In this document: in pieces, positions 1-9,622 of the stretch
How positions within the stretch are numbered: position 1 is the first letter of the stretch
Layout of the letters: each line of letters begins with the position of its first letter
DNA from: Patescibacteria group bacterium
GTDB taxonomy: Bacteria > Patescibacteriota > Gracilibacteria > UBA1369 > LOWO2-01-FULL-3
Direction: 5' to 3'
Assembly (NCBI GenBank): GCA_038065735.1
Contig: JBBTQK010000001.1
Coordinates: 25,748-89,747 of the forward strand
DNA length: 64,000 bases
Notes under the pieces: generated by a model
Database searches by the model: none
Told to the model about the DNA's origin: nothing
The model's input: only the letters and a program-made list of their open reading frames with translations
Translations under genes and position numbers: made by a program

Positions 1-57
1 TTTAGAAGATATGACGATATTAACTGGCTCAAACCAAGCGAAGTAAAAAAGATCTAA
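1..57 (+). CDS. 3' end of a CDS truncated by the window edge (…FRRYDDINWLKPSEVKKI*)
   Basis: Open frame 1 ends in TAA at 55-57, 12 nt before the mazG start. Confidence 0.5.
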   Translation, partial: FRRYDDINWLKPSEVKKI

Positions 58-69
58 CAATAGATAAGA

Positions 70-477
70 ATGGCCAAAAAAAACTTTAAAGATTTATGCA
101 AACTTGCTGCTATTTTGAGGTCACCAAAAGGCTGTCCTTGGGATCGCAAACAGACAATTTTGAGCATGATGGAGCATATTCAAGAAGAATCCGAGGAAGT
201 TTGTCAGGCAATCAAAAACGCTGATAACGAGAATTTAAAAGAAGAATTAGGAGATGTGATTTTTCAGATTGTAATGATTGCTCAAATCGCCAAAGAAAAT
301 GGACATTTTGATATGAATGATGTAGTTAGTGGTATCTACAAGAAAATTTATTCCCGTCACACCTGGGTTTTTGGCAAAGATAAAGCCAAGACTCCGGAAG
401 AAGCAAAGGAAATGTGGTTGAAAAATAAAGCCATTGAAAAAGCTAAAAAGTCTAATAGGTCTAAAAAAGCTAAATAA
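70..477 (+). CDS. mazG: MazG-family nucleotide pyrophosphohydrolase (single domain)
   Basis: LRSPKGCPWDRKQT, EESEEV, EELGD and RH.WVF motifs. Confidence 0.92.
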   Translation: MAKKNFKDLCKLAAILRSPKGCPWDRKQTILSMMEHIQEESEEVCQAIKNADNENLKEELGDVIFQIVMIAQIAKENGHFDMNDVVSGIYKKIYSRHTWVFGKDKAKTPEEAKEMWLKNKAIEKAKKSNRSKKAK

Positions 478-486
478 TAAGTAAGA

Positions 487-2151
487 ATGTCAGTTTTAGG
501 TAAAAAATGGATAATAAAAAACACCAATTCTTCAAAAACCATTTTTGAAAGGATTTTAGCAAATCGCGGATTATCCGAAATCGTAGAGATGGAAGATTTT
601 CACGATCCTTTCCTTTTTACCGATATGGCCAAGTCTGTTGAACGTATAAACAAAGCCATTAAAGACCAGGAAAGAATTATTATTTTTGGAGATTACGACG
701 TAGACGGCATCAGTGGTAGCGCAATTCTCGTGAATACTTTAAAAAAACTTAAGGCTAATGTCTCTTTTAGATTACCAAATCGTTCAACTGATGGTTACGG
801 TTTATCAATAAAATTTATTGATGAATTCATTGAAAAAAACATCGGTCTCGTAATCACAGTAGATTGTGGAATTTGTTGTCGCAAAGAAATTCAAAAAGCT
901 AAAGAAAATAATATTGATACTATAATTACCGACCATCACACCATCCCAGATCAGCTCCCGGAAAGCGCTTTTGCCATTCTCCATCCAAAAAATAAAGACA
1001 GCAATTATCCATTTAGTGAATTAACTGGTGCTGGAGTTGCTTTAAAATTGGCTCACGCTTTGATCAAAAATAATTTGCCTGAACACGAGCAGGAAGAATA
1101 TTTGAATTCTTTACTTGATCTTGCAACTCTTGGAACAATAGCTGATCTTGGCTCTCTGCAGGGAGAAAATCGACTTATAGTTCGTCGTGGTTTAAACGCT
1201 TTGAGATCTACTCGTTGGGCTGGTTTAAAACGTTTAAAAGAAATTGCTGGTTTAAAAGCCGGAGAAGAAGTAGACGTGGTTAAAATTGGTTATCAAATTG
1301 CCCCTAGAATTAATGCCGCAGGTAGAATAGGTGATCCTTATACTGCTTTGTTTTTGCTTTTGGGTGAAGAAGATAATGCCCAGATGGGGGATTTGGCTAA
1401 CAAGCTTGAGGAATTAAATCGCAAGCGTCAATTTATGAGTGAAAAAGCTTTTGAAGAAGCTGGAAATTTTGTAACTGATCTTGGAGAAATGCCTACCATT
1501 ATCATTGCCCATAGCCCAGATTGGCATGTGGGAATCTTGGGATTAATTGCCGGTAAATTAGCTGAAAAAAATAGACGCCCGACTATTGTTATGCAGGATT
1601 TAGGAGATACTTTAGTTGCTTCTGCCCGTAGTCCAGTTTTTTTTAATGTCATAGAAGCTATAGCTTCCTGTGGGGAATTTTTAACAAATTTTGGTGGTCA
1701 TGCTCAAGCTGCCGGCTTTAGTTTAAAAAAAGAGAACTTAGAAGCCTTTAAATCTCAAATTACCGCATATTCCAATGAAAAATTAAGTAATATGGAAATC
1801 AGTCCAACACTAGAAATCGATGCTGAAATTTTTGCAGAAGATATGAATTTTGATCTTTTGGATGCTTTAGAAAAGCTCCAACCATTTGGTGTTGATAACC
1901 GCAAACCACTTTTTATTATCAAGAATGTTACTCCGTCTTTTATTTCTCAAGTTGGATCAACCAAAACTCATCTTAAATTCGATGCTCATTCATCGGATAA
2001 AAAATTCCCAGTAATAGCCTTTAGAATGGGGGAATTCAGCACTTTATTAAAAGATAAAAAAAGTATAGACCTTGTCTTTGAAATCGAACGTCATACCTGG
2101 AATAATCGTACTGAACTACAGTTGCACGCACTGGATTTTAACTGTAATTAA
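487..2151 (+). CDS. recJ: Single-stranded DNA exonuclease RecJ
   Basis: GDYDVDG, TVDCG, TDHH, GTIAD, PRINAAGR and GGHAQAAG motifs; C-terminal OB-fold region. Confidence 0.97.
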   Translation: MSVLGKKWIIKNTNSSKTIFERILANRGLSEIVEMEDFHDPFLFTDMAKSVERINKAIKDQERIIIFGDYDVDGISGSAILVNTLKKLKANVSFRLPNRSTDGYGLSIKFIDEFIEKNIGLVITVDCGICCRKEIQKAKENNIDTIITDHHTIPDQLPESAFAILHPKNKDSNYPFSELTGAGVALKLAHALIKNNLPEHEQEEYLNSLLDLATLGTIADLGSLQGENRLIVRRGLNALRSTRWAGLKRLKEIAGLKAGEEVDVVKIGYQIAPRINAAGRIGDPYTALFLLLGEEDNAQMGDLANKLEELNRKRQFMSEKAFEEAGNFVTDLGEMPTIIIAHSPDWHVGILGLIAGKLAEKNRRPTIVMQDLGDTLVASARSPVFFNVIEAIASCGEFLTNFGGHAQAAGFSLKKENLEAFKSQITAYSNEKLSNMEISPTLEIDAEIFAEDMNFDLLDALEKLQPFGVDNRKPLFIIKNVTPSFISQVGSTKTHLKFDAHSSDKKFPVIAFRMGEFSTLLKDKKSIDLVFEIERHTWNNRTELQLHALDFNCN

Positions 2152-2214
2152 ATTCTCTAGGCAAAATATTCTACAAAGTTTATACTCAACCCCTTACTCT
2201 TCTATAAACTATAT

Positions 2215-2243
2215 TTGACATACGTCAAGAAATGTTTTATAAT
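2215..2243 (+). promoter_or_regulatory. Consensus sigma70 promoter for the DHH/NrnA gene
   Basis: TTGACA (2215-2220), 17-nt spacer, TATAAT (2238-2243), 25 nt before the ATG. Confidence 0.85.
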
Positions 2244-2268
2244 GACTAGAAAACAAAATTAAATATTA

Positions 2269-3630
2269 ATGCAAAGCAACAACCAAAAATACATTATAGA
2301 TCTTATAAAGAGGAGTAAAAACATTCTAGTTTTACCTTCTTCGCCTCCAGACGGAGATTCCCTTGGTAGCGCCATCGCCCTATATATAATTCTAAAAAAA
2401 TTAAATAAGGACGTTACGGTTATAGCAAGTGATCCGGTTCCTGAGGTTTATGACTTCCTACCCAGCATAAATATTGTTGGTACCAAGATGATCTCTTCTA
2501 ATGATTTTATTATCACTATTGATTGTAAAAAAATTAAGGTAGACAAGATCAAGAGTGCTATAGAAGACAATAAGGTGAACATTATTATCAGTCCAAAAGA
2601 TGGGCATTTTTCTGAGTCGGATATTTCTTTTAATAAAGGAGAAGTTAGTTTTGATCTCATTATTACAGTTGATACCGCAGAATTATCACAATTAAGAGTT
2701 GTTTACGACAACAATATTGAGATGTTCCAGCAAATTCCTGTTATAAATATCGATCACCATATTTCTAATACTCATTTTGGTAAGATCAATCACGTGGATA
2801 TTATGGCTTCTTCTACAACAGAATTGCTATTCCCTGTTATTGAGCAAATGGCCCAGGAAGAAAATATCAATCTAATCGATGAAGACGTCGCAACTTTACT
2901 TTTAACGGGTATTATCACGGATACAGGCAGTTTCCAGAATGCAAATACCACGCCAAGGTCTTTTGATGTTGCTTCACAACTCATTGCCTACGGCGCGCGT
3001 CAGCAGGAAATTATCCAGTACATCTACAAAACTAAACAATTAAGTCAGTTAAAACTTTGGGGTAGAGTGCTTTCAAAGATTCAAACTGATGAAGAAAATC
3101 ACATTGTTTGGTCTGTAGTAAGCCAACAAGACTTCCGTGACACTGGTAGTAATGAGGATGAAACTGGCGATATTATTGATGAATTAATGACTAACGCTCC
3201 TGGCGCTGAAGTAATTCTCCTTATTAAAGAAAAGAAAAATGGTGTAATTTCTGGAAGTATCCGTACGACAACGTCTGCTGTAGATAGCTCCAAAATCGCT
3301 GAAGTATTTGATGGCGGGGGACACACACAAGCTGCCGGATTTAGACTGGAAAACATTGATCTACGTGAAGCAGAATACAAAATCATTAACGTTGTAAAAG
3401 AATTCCAGCAGAACAGACGTAATGCCATGGCTGCACCTCTTACTACTCCAGCTGAGCCTCTTCCTACTTCAACTGAAACTCCTAAACCTACAAAATCTCC
3501 AAAGCCTCAACAACCTCAGCCAGAAGCCAGTTTTGAAATTAAACCTCCTATCCTAACAGCCCCCATAGAAAAACCTGAGCCAAAAGAAACCGAAATCCAT
3601 CCTGGCGTTACTTATAAATTCGAAGACTAA
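2269..3630 (+). CDS. DHH/DHHA1 phosphoesterase (NrnA-like) with internal insertion and Pro-rich C-terminal tail
   Basis: PDGDSLGS, IDHH, GIITDTGSF and GGGHTQAAG motifs. Confidence 0.9.
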   Translation: MQSNNQKYIIDLIKRSKNILVLPSSPPDGDSLGSAIALYIILKKLNKDVTVIASDPVPEVYDFLPSINIVGTKMISSNDFIITIDCKKIKVDKIKSAIEDNKVNIIISPKDGHFSESDISFNKGEVSFDLIITVDTAELSQLRVVYDNNIEMFQQIPVINIDHHISNTHFGKINHVDIMASSTTELLFPVIEQMAQEENINLIDEDVATLLLTGIITDTGSFQNANTTPRSFDVASQLIAYGARQQEIIQYIYKTKQLSQLKLWGRVLSKIQTDEENHIVWSVVSQQDFRDTGSNEDETGDIIDELMTNAPGAEVILLIKEKKNGVISGSIRTTTSAVDSSKIAEVFDGGGHTQAAGFRLENIDLREAEYKIINVVKEFQQNRRNAMAAPLTTPAEPLPTSTETPKPTKSPKPQQPQPEASFEIKPPILTAPIEKPEPKETEIHPGVTYKFED

Positions 3631-3863
3631 TTATTTGGTGGCATAGTAGGTTGCACTATATTTGGAGCTTGAGTTGGAAAGCCCATATTTCCACTTGGAT
3701 CAATTCCTCCCTCAGTTTCAATATATTCTTCTTCCAATCGATTTTTTTCACCACCCGCAATTAACGAGTAAATAAAACTCGCAACAGCAATTGAGATCAC
3801 TATCAAAGCCGCTACAATTCCAGAAAAATATTTTTTTTCATCACCAGTTTGATATTTTGGCAT
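3627..3863 (-). CDS. Small single-pass membrane protein
   Basis: 78-aa ORF with one hydrophobic helix, co-oriented with upstream genes. Confidence 0.65.
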   Translation of the reverse strand: MPKYQTGDEKKYFSGIVAALIVISIAVASFIYSLIAGGEKNRLEEEYIETEGGIDPSGNMGFPTQAPNIVQPTMPPNN

Positions 3864-3896
3864 AGATTTAATTATATAATTGAGAATTCAAACACT

Positions 3897-5207
3897 TTAA
3901 AACGCTGAAGTATTTCCTTTACGTGTATCCAAAATTACATCTTTTGAACGTTCATATTTAAAAGTGTAGTCAACTTTTGCGCTAAAGTAATAATCCACCG
4001 GTCCTGTACCAACCCCAATACCATCAGTTTCAATTATCAGTTCATCCGGCAGGCTATTTACCATTTCCATACCTTTGCCTTCAATCAAAACATTCTTCAA
4101 AATTTCACTCAATAATTGGCTATAATCTTCACCTTCCGGTAATTCATGATACTTCAAACTATTTAACATAGATTTAATAACTTGCTGAATTTGATAGCCC
4201 AACGGTCCAGGTCCGTATTCTGTATATACAGCCAAAACACGTCCATCTTCTAAATAAATATACCAGTCAACTTTTCTATCCGCTTCAAACAAAACCTCAA
4301 AAGCAGTCAGTCCACCAAGAGTAAACTTTTTAAACTTCGCCGTAGCAAAAGCCGCTTTTAGATTAGTAAAATACTGATCCTCTACTAATTCTCCCTCATT
4401 AGGATCAAGGGTAATTTCAACCACGCCAGTATTGTTATAAATACGGTTTGGTGAGAATTGCAGATACTCTTTGTCTGGTTTAAAAAATACTAAAGAATCT
4501 TTATTCTCAATCAATTTCCAAGTTTTATCATCATATTTTATTATTGCCGGCACAGTTTTGCTCTCAAATTCTCTCCAACTTAAATCCAAAGGAAATGGCT
4601 GCTCTTTGCTATCTTTCACCACCATCATCCTATAAACCAATTCTGCAAAAGCCGCTCTAGTCATAGCTTGATTCGGTAGAAGCTTTCCGTAATCATCAGA
4701 AAAAATCATATTATGGTTGCGAGAATACAAGGCGTAAGGCGCAAACCAGTCATCTTTTTTTACATCAGTATAAACATCAGCACTGACAGATCCAGGCACC
4801 TGCACTTTTGCTGCTAGAATCAACATTTTTAAATTCTCCGCCAAATTTACTGTGTCATGTGGCTTAAATTTCCCATCATCATATCCCTTAATCAAACCCT
4901 GAGTTTTTGCCGCCATCACATAGCCAAAAAACCAATCTTCCTTTTTTACATCTGGAAAAATTACATCAAACTGACCATCAAATTTAATGCCAGTAGCACC
5001 AATAATCATCTTTAAAGCCTCTGCACGAGTCACCAACTTATCAGGAGCAAAAGTCCCATCCGGATAACCCTTCACAATCTGTTTTTCATCCAAAAATTCT
5101 ATCGCTTTATAATTTTTATGATCCTCGGCCACATCTGGAAAACTCGCAGCAAATACACTTGTGCTACTCAAAAGCAAACCCGCAAAAACTAAAAATAATT
5201 TTTTCAT
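3897..5207 (-). CDS. Secreted S-layer homology (SLH) domain protein
   Basis: Signal peptide MKKLF…VFA; three SLH repeats (FPDV…GYPDGTF.P…TRAE); start moved to the ATG at 5207. Confidence 0.9.
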   Translation of the reverse strand: MKKLFLVFAGLLLSSTSVFAASFPDVAEDHKNYKAIEFLDEKQIVKGYPDGTFAPDKLVTRAEALKMIIGATGIKFDGQFDVIFPDVKKEDWFFGYVMAAKTQGLIKGYDDGKFKPHDTVNLAENLKMLILAAKVQVPGSVSADVYTDVKKDDWFAPYALYSRNHNMIFSDDYGKLLPNQAMTRAAFAELVYRMMVVKDSKEQPFPLDLSWREFESKTVPAIIKYDDKTWKLIENKDSLVFFKPDKEYLQFSPNRIYNNTGVVEITLDPNEGELVEDQYFTNLKAAFATAKFKKFTLGGLTAFEVLFEADRKVDWYIYLEDGRVLAVYTEYGPGPLGYQIQQVIKSMLNSLKYHELPEGEDYSQLLSEILKNVLIEGKGMEMVNSLPDELIIETDGIGVGTGPVDYYFSAKVDYTFKYERSKDVILDTRKGNTSAF

Positions 5208-5264
5208 AAGAAAGGAGGGTGATAAAACCCAAACAATATACACTTTCCATTCGCCAAATTCAAT

Positions 5265-6611
5265 TTAATACGCAACCTCTCCAGGAGTGTATTTATCCAA
5301 TTCATCTTCGCCAATTAATTCCACTAATCTTTCTACAACTTGTTCGGTTTTTACAGTTTCCTGCACGCCTTTTGACATGTCGCGGATAATCGCAGTACCT
5401 TCACGCACCTCTGTTAAACCAATCAAGACTGTATAAGGAACTCTAAATTTATTAGCGATTTTTAATTGAATATTAATGGAACCTTTACCAAGCGCACCCA
5501 TAGTTTTGATGCCAGCTTCACGTAATGCTGCGATCAAAGGTAGAGATTTGCGTTTAGCTTCTACGCCTAACTGAGCCACAAAAACATGTAAATCATCTTT
5601 TGAAGGAACTCTGATTTTTTCACGTTTCATATTCGCGATAATACGCTCCACACCAGCCGCAAAACCTACTGCAGGAGTTGGCTGACCACCCATTAATTCC
5701 ATTAGACCATCATATCTACCACCACCACCAATCGCATTTTGCGCACCTTCACTCTTATCCCAAAATTCAAAAACAGTTTTGCTATAGTAATCCAAACCAC
5801 GTACTAATTTTTGATTTTCTACATATTTAATACCAATTTCATCCAAATAACTCTTCAATTCTGCGTGGAAATCCAAAGATTCTTTATCAAGATAATCTTT
5901 CATAATAGGCGCTAGCTCAGCCAGGATTTTGCAATCTTCTTCCTTGCAATCCAAAAGTCTCAAAGGGTTTGTTACAAGTCTCTCCTTACAATTTTCACAA
6001 AGAGATCTTTCTTTTCCAACATAATAATCCTGCAAAACACTCATATATTTTTTGCGAGCCTCAGGTGTACCAATTGTGTTTAACTGTAGCTCAAAAAGGT
6101 GATCAATGCCCAAATCTTCATAGATCTTAAAAGCTAGCTGAATCAACTGCGCATCAAGTGCCGCATCACTTTCACCAATTATCTCAAACCCAAGCTGCCA
6201 AAATTGGCGATATCTACCTTTTTGTGGTCTGTCATAACGGAAATGTGGTTCAAAATAATAAAGCATCACTGGCTGCGGCAGAGTCTGCATTTTATTTTGA
6301 ATGTAAGCCCTCACTACTCCAGCAGTACTCTCTGGTTTTAGCGTCAAACTACGACCTTTTCTATCCTGAAAAGTATACATTTCTTTGGAAACTATATCTG
6401 AAGAATCACCAATACTTCGTTTAAATACCTCTGTAAATTCAAAAATCGGCGTTGAGATACGACGAAAACCCGCCTGACGTGCTCTATGTCTCACCACTTT
6501 TTTAATAAACGTGTGAAATTCATGATCTCCCGGCAAAATATCATGCACACCCTTTGCTGTCTGGAAAGGAGGTACCTGTGGTCCTACTACGTCTTCTCTT
6601 TCGTCGTTCAT
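5265..6611 (-). CDS. hisS: Histidine--tRNA ligase
   Basis: KGVHD, LKPESTA, RYDRPQKGRYRQF, RGLDYY and GGGGRYD motifs; anticodon-binding domain. Confidence 0.97.
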   Translation of the reverse strand: MNDEREDVVGPQVPPFQTAKGVHDILPGDHEFHTFIKKVVRHRARQAGFRRISTPIFEFTEVFKRSIGDSSDIVSKEMYTFQDRKGRSLTLKPESTAGVVRAYIQNKMQTLPQPVMLYYFEPHFRYDRPQKGRYRQFWQLGFEIIGESDAALDAQLIQLAFKIYEDLGIDHLFELQLNTIGTPEARKKYMSVLQDYYVGKERSLCENCKERLVTNPLRLLDCKEEDCKILAELAPIMKDYLDKESLDFHAELKSYLDEIGIKYVENQKLVRGLDYYSKTVFEFWDKSEGAQNAIGGGGRYDGLMELMGGQPTPAVGFAAGVERIIANMKREKIRVPSKDDLHVFVAQLGVEAKRKSLPLIAALREAGIKTMGALGKGSINIQLKIANKFRVPYTVLIGLTEVREGTAIIRDMSKGVQETVKTEQVVERLVELIGEDELDKYTPGEVAY

Positions 6612-6680
6612 AGTAAAAAATTAAAATTATGGCTACGTTTAGAGAATACTTTATTAGATAAGATCTCAAAAGTCCATACT

Positions 6681-6708
6681 AAAAAAGCTCCCCACCAATG
6701 TAGGGAGC
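6681..6708 (-). terminator. Intrinsic terminator after the 6733..7770 ORF
   Basis: Minus strand GCTCCCTAC-ATTG-GTGGGGAGC followed by T6. Confidence 0.8.
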
Positions 6709-6732
6709 CATTTAAACTAAACTTAATTAGAT

Positions 6733-7770
6733 TTATAGCTGAGTCACATAGTCACATCCACCACCACCATTCATGATTGGAGAGTTATTCTTTGCTGTCT
6801 CAAGAGTGAAGCCAAAATTTGCTTCATTACATTCATTTGTTTCTTTGATCTTATTATCAGGATCAAGTTTTACAGAGAATGAATGAAACATATTTTCCGC
6901 AGTACAAACAGTTCCATCACAGGCACCCTGACCAGTACCAAATGGATACATCTTCAAATTTTTCTTCATGAAATCATTAGAGATAAAGACTGTATTTGCT
7001 TTGATTTTTCCAGAATAAAAGACTTTACCATCCATCAACATTTGGATATCAATTAATTGTTTTCCAGCATTTTTATTCTTTAAATAAACTGTGAAATATA
7101 GAGATTTTTCCTTATTCTTCAACTTGATTGCAAAATCTTTAAAACTGAGATCTATCTTTATATCCGCTGGTTGAACAACTGCAAATACATTACCAAAGGC
7201 ATCTTTATTCGAAAATTGAACTACAGTGTCCGGATTTTCAAAAGTGATATGGTTTACATATTCCGCAGTTGAAGAATCTTTTTCTAGAATTCCTAAGCTA
7301 AATTGACCACCAACAAGTGAAGGATTTATAGCTACACTTATAGCAAGACTTTTACTTGTACCGGCTGGGATAACAAAAGGTACAAACAAAGGATTAAATG
7401 TTAACTTTGCTTTACCATTTTGCATGCCATTAGCGCCAGTACCCTGTGAATTTGAGCCTACAAACTCTGCGGAAATATTACCAATCGCAGCATCTGGAAT
7501 AACACCTTTTTTTGTAAGAGTTAGATCTTTAATCTCAACATCTGCTTGTGGTCCAGCTGTGAATTTAAGAATTGTTACGGTTTCAAACGGCCCACCTGCT
7601 AACATTGTTTTACCCTCTGGACTTATTGGATCAACGCTCACTATTACAGAAGGAGTGCTAAGACTTAGTTTGCCTTGAACGTAACTACCTTTCATTGAAA
7701 TACCTGCTGCAATTGCCGCCACTGCTACAACTGCTGCGACTCCGTAGAGCCATGATTTTTTGTTTTCCAT
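6733..7770 (-). CDS. Membrane-anchored or secreted beta-rich protein with CARDB-like C-terminus
   Basis: N-terminal hydrophobic helix; VKLDPDNKIKETNE.N resembles the CARDB end motif. Confidence 0.7.
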   Translation of the reverse strand: MENKKSWLYGVAAVVAVAAIAAGISMKGSYVQGKLSLSTPSVIVSVDPISPEGKTMLAGGPFETVTILKFTAGPQADVEIKDLTLTKKGVIPDAAIGNISAEFVGSNSQGTGANGMQNGKAKLTFNPLFVPFVIPAGTSKSLAISVAINPSLVGGQFSLGILEKDSSTAEYVNHITFENPDTVVQFSNKDAFGNVFAVVQPADIKIDLSFKDFAIKLKNKEKSLYFTVYLKNKNAGKQLIDIQMLMDGKVFYSGKIKANTVFISNDFMKKNLKMYPFGTGQGACDGTVCTAENMFHSFSVKLDPDNKIKETNECNEANFGFTLETAKNNSPIMNGGGGCDYVTQL

Positions 7771-7807
7771 TTTTTATTTTTGTTATTATAACTATACGCA
7801 GTATATT

Positions 7808-8821
7808 TTAACACAAAATATCAAAACTAGCAATCGGTACGATATTAGAGACGCTAAACCCACCTTTTTCTTTCATCCATTTAAAATATGCCGCTGCAGC
7901 GATCATTGCCGCATTATCTGTACAGTATGACATTGATTTTGGATGTCTAAATTTAACTGCTGGAGCAAATTTTCCAAACTTTTCAGTAATTACTTCTCTC
8001 AATCTCTTGTTGGCAGAAACTCCTCCGGCCAAATGCACCTCTTTAACTTCTGGATATTGCTTGTAAGCCATTAGCAATTTTTCACTCAAAACTTCTACCA
8101 CAGCCTCCTGAAAACTCGCCGCCACATCCGCAGTGTTAAAATCATCTTTTTTAACTAAATTTAATACAGAAGTCTTTAAACCGGAAAAACTGAAATCCAA
8201 ACTGCCTTTCTCCAACCATGCTTTTGGGAAATTAAACTTCTTAGAATCTCCTTCTAAAGCTATTTTAGAAATTGCCGGCCCACCTGGATAACCCAGTCCC
8301 AAAATTCTCGCCACTTTATCAAACGCCTCTCCGGCCGCATCGTCCAAAGTTTCTCCCAAAACCTCAAAATCAAAATGACTACGCATCAAATAAAGCTCGT
8401 TATGCCCACCAGAAACCGTCAAAATCAAAATTGGGAATTGCACCTCTTCCTCAACATCCAGCCAATTCGAATAAATGTGCCCACTAATATGTTGCACCGG
8501 AATCAGCGGCTTATTCTTCACGCAAGAAATCACATTTGCCGTCTCCGTCCCAATAATTAACGAACTAATCAGCCCCGGCCCTTTGGTCGCTGCAATCGCA
8601 TCAATATCATCCCAGTTACAACTAGACGTCTCCAAAGCTTCTTCCAAAACCGGCAACATTTTAAGTACATGCTCTCGCGCCGCCACCTCTGGCACTACGC
8701 CTCCCGTTTTTGCATGCAAATCTATCTGCGAAGCAATCACATTCGCCAAAACCTTACGGCCATTTTCCACAATCGCCACAGCCGTCTCATCACAAGATGT
8801 CTCAATCGCCAAAATTTTCAT
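7808..8821 (-). CDS. tsaD: tRNA t6A threonylcarbamoyltransferase TsaD
   Basis: IETSCDET, GGVVPEVAAREH, HISGH, DDAAGEAFDKVA and TDNAAMI motifs. Confidence 0.97.
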   Translation of the reverse strand: MKILAIETSCDETAVAIVENGRKVLANVIASQIDLHAKTGGVVPEVAAREHVLKMLPVLEEALETSSCNWDDIDAIAATKGPGLISSLIIGTETANVISCVKNKPLIPVQHISGHIYSNWLDVEEEVQFPILILTVSGGHNELYLMRSHFDFEVLGETLDDAAGEAFDKVARILGLGYPGGPAISKIALEGDSKKFNFPKAWLEKGSLDFSFSGLKTSVLNLVKKDDFNTADVAASFQEAVVEVLSEKLLMAYKQYPEVKEVHLAGGVSANKRLREVITEKFGKFAPAVKFRHPKSMSYCTDNAAMIAAAAYFKWMKEKGGFSVSNIVPIASFDILC

Positions 8822-8858
8822 GCGCCTATGCTAGCTAGATCACTTAAAAGATTCAATA

Positions 8859-9497
8859 TTAATCGCCAATTTGACCTTCAGCTCTTTTAGAAGGTGCCTG
8901 TGGCTTGTCTTCACCGTAAACAATTTGAACATTACTTACCCCTTCCAATCCTTTACTTAATAACTGGCTTAAAGGCATTGGAGCACCTATCTCGTGTGGC
9001 CAAAGTCCTTTTAAACGGTCTGGACATATATAGTTTTTACGGGTTACAACTCTGTCTAAATCACCAGCTCTAAGTGTTAACTTTACACTCTTTTCTCCCG
9101 CTTCAATTTTCCTTCTTGCTTCGACTATTCTTTCTCCAATCATGTAAACCGCTCCGCTTGATATTAAAGCACTTTTTTCGATACCTTTTCCCTTGTTTAC
9201 TTTAAAATTCAAAGGCACAACTGTTAAATAATCTGCAGGAACGAGCCCTCGTGGGCCCTCCGCTAAATTAACTACACTTGATATCCTTAGGGATTTGCTT
9301 AATCCTTCTGCAAGTTGTTGCACATCACTACCATATTTTACACTCTCTCCGTTTCGAGTTCTCAACAAAGTGCTTGTTACATTCTCACTCAGTTGCCCAT
9401 TATCGTACAGGGCCATAAACTGTCTTGTGATTCTTTCTGCACCAGCAAAAGGTTCTGCTGCATCTGGTTGTTCATCTTTACCAACTACTTCAGCCAT
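8859..9497 (-). CDS. Hypothetical protein
   Basis: 212-aa ORF filling the gap; no recognisable motif. Confidence 0.7.
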   Translation of the reverse strand: MAEVVGKDEQPDAAEPFAGAERITRQFMALYDNGQLSENVTSTLLRTRNGESVKYGSDVQQLAEGLSKSLRISSVVNLAEGPRGLVPADYLTVVPLNFKVNKGKGIEKSALISSGAVYMIGERIVEARRKIEAGEKSVKLTLRAGDLDRVVTRKNYICPDRLKGLWPHEIGAPMPLSQLLSKGLEGVSNVQIVYGEDKPQAPSKRAEGQIGD

Positions 9498-9622
9498 AAA
9501 AATAAATTAATTTTAAGATAGCACTATACCTTAATACCTGAAATTTGCAAGTGCCTAAGCCTACTTCTGTCAAAAAGCCTTCTTTTCCTGTATAATATAG
9601 GCAAAACAAAACCAAATTTTTC

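Noticed and set aside
5265-6611. hisZ assignment for the HisRS-like gene
   Set aside because: It keeps the complete catalytic motifs and the C-terminal anticodon-binding domain of a true HisRS.
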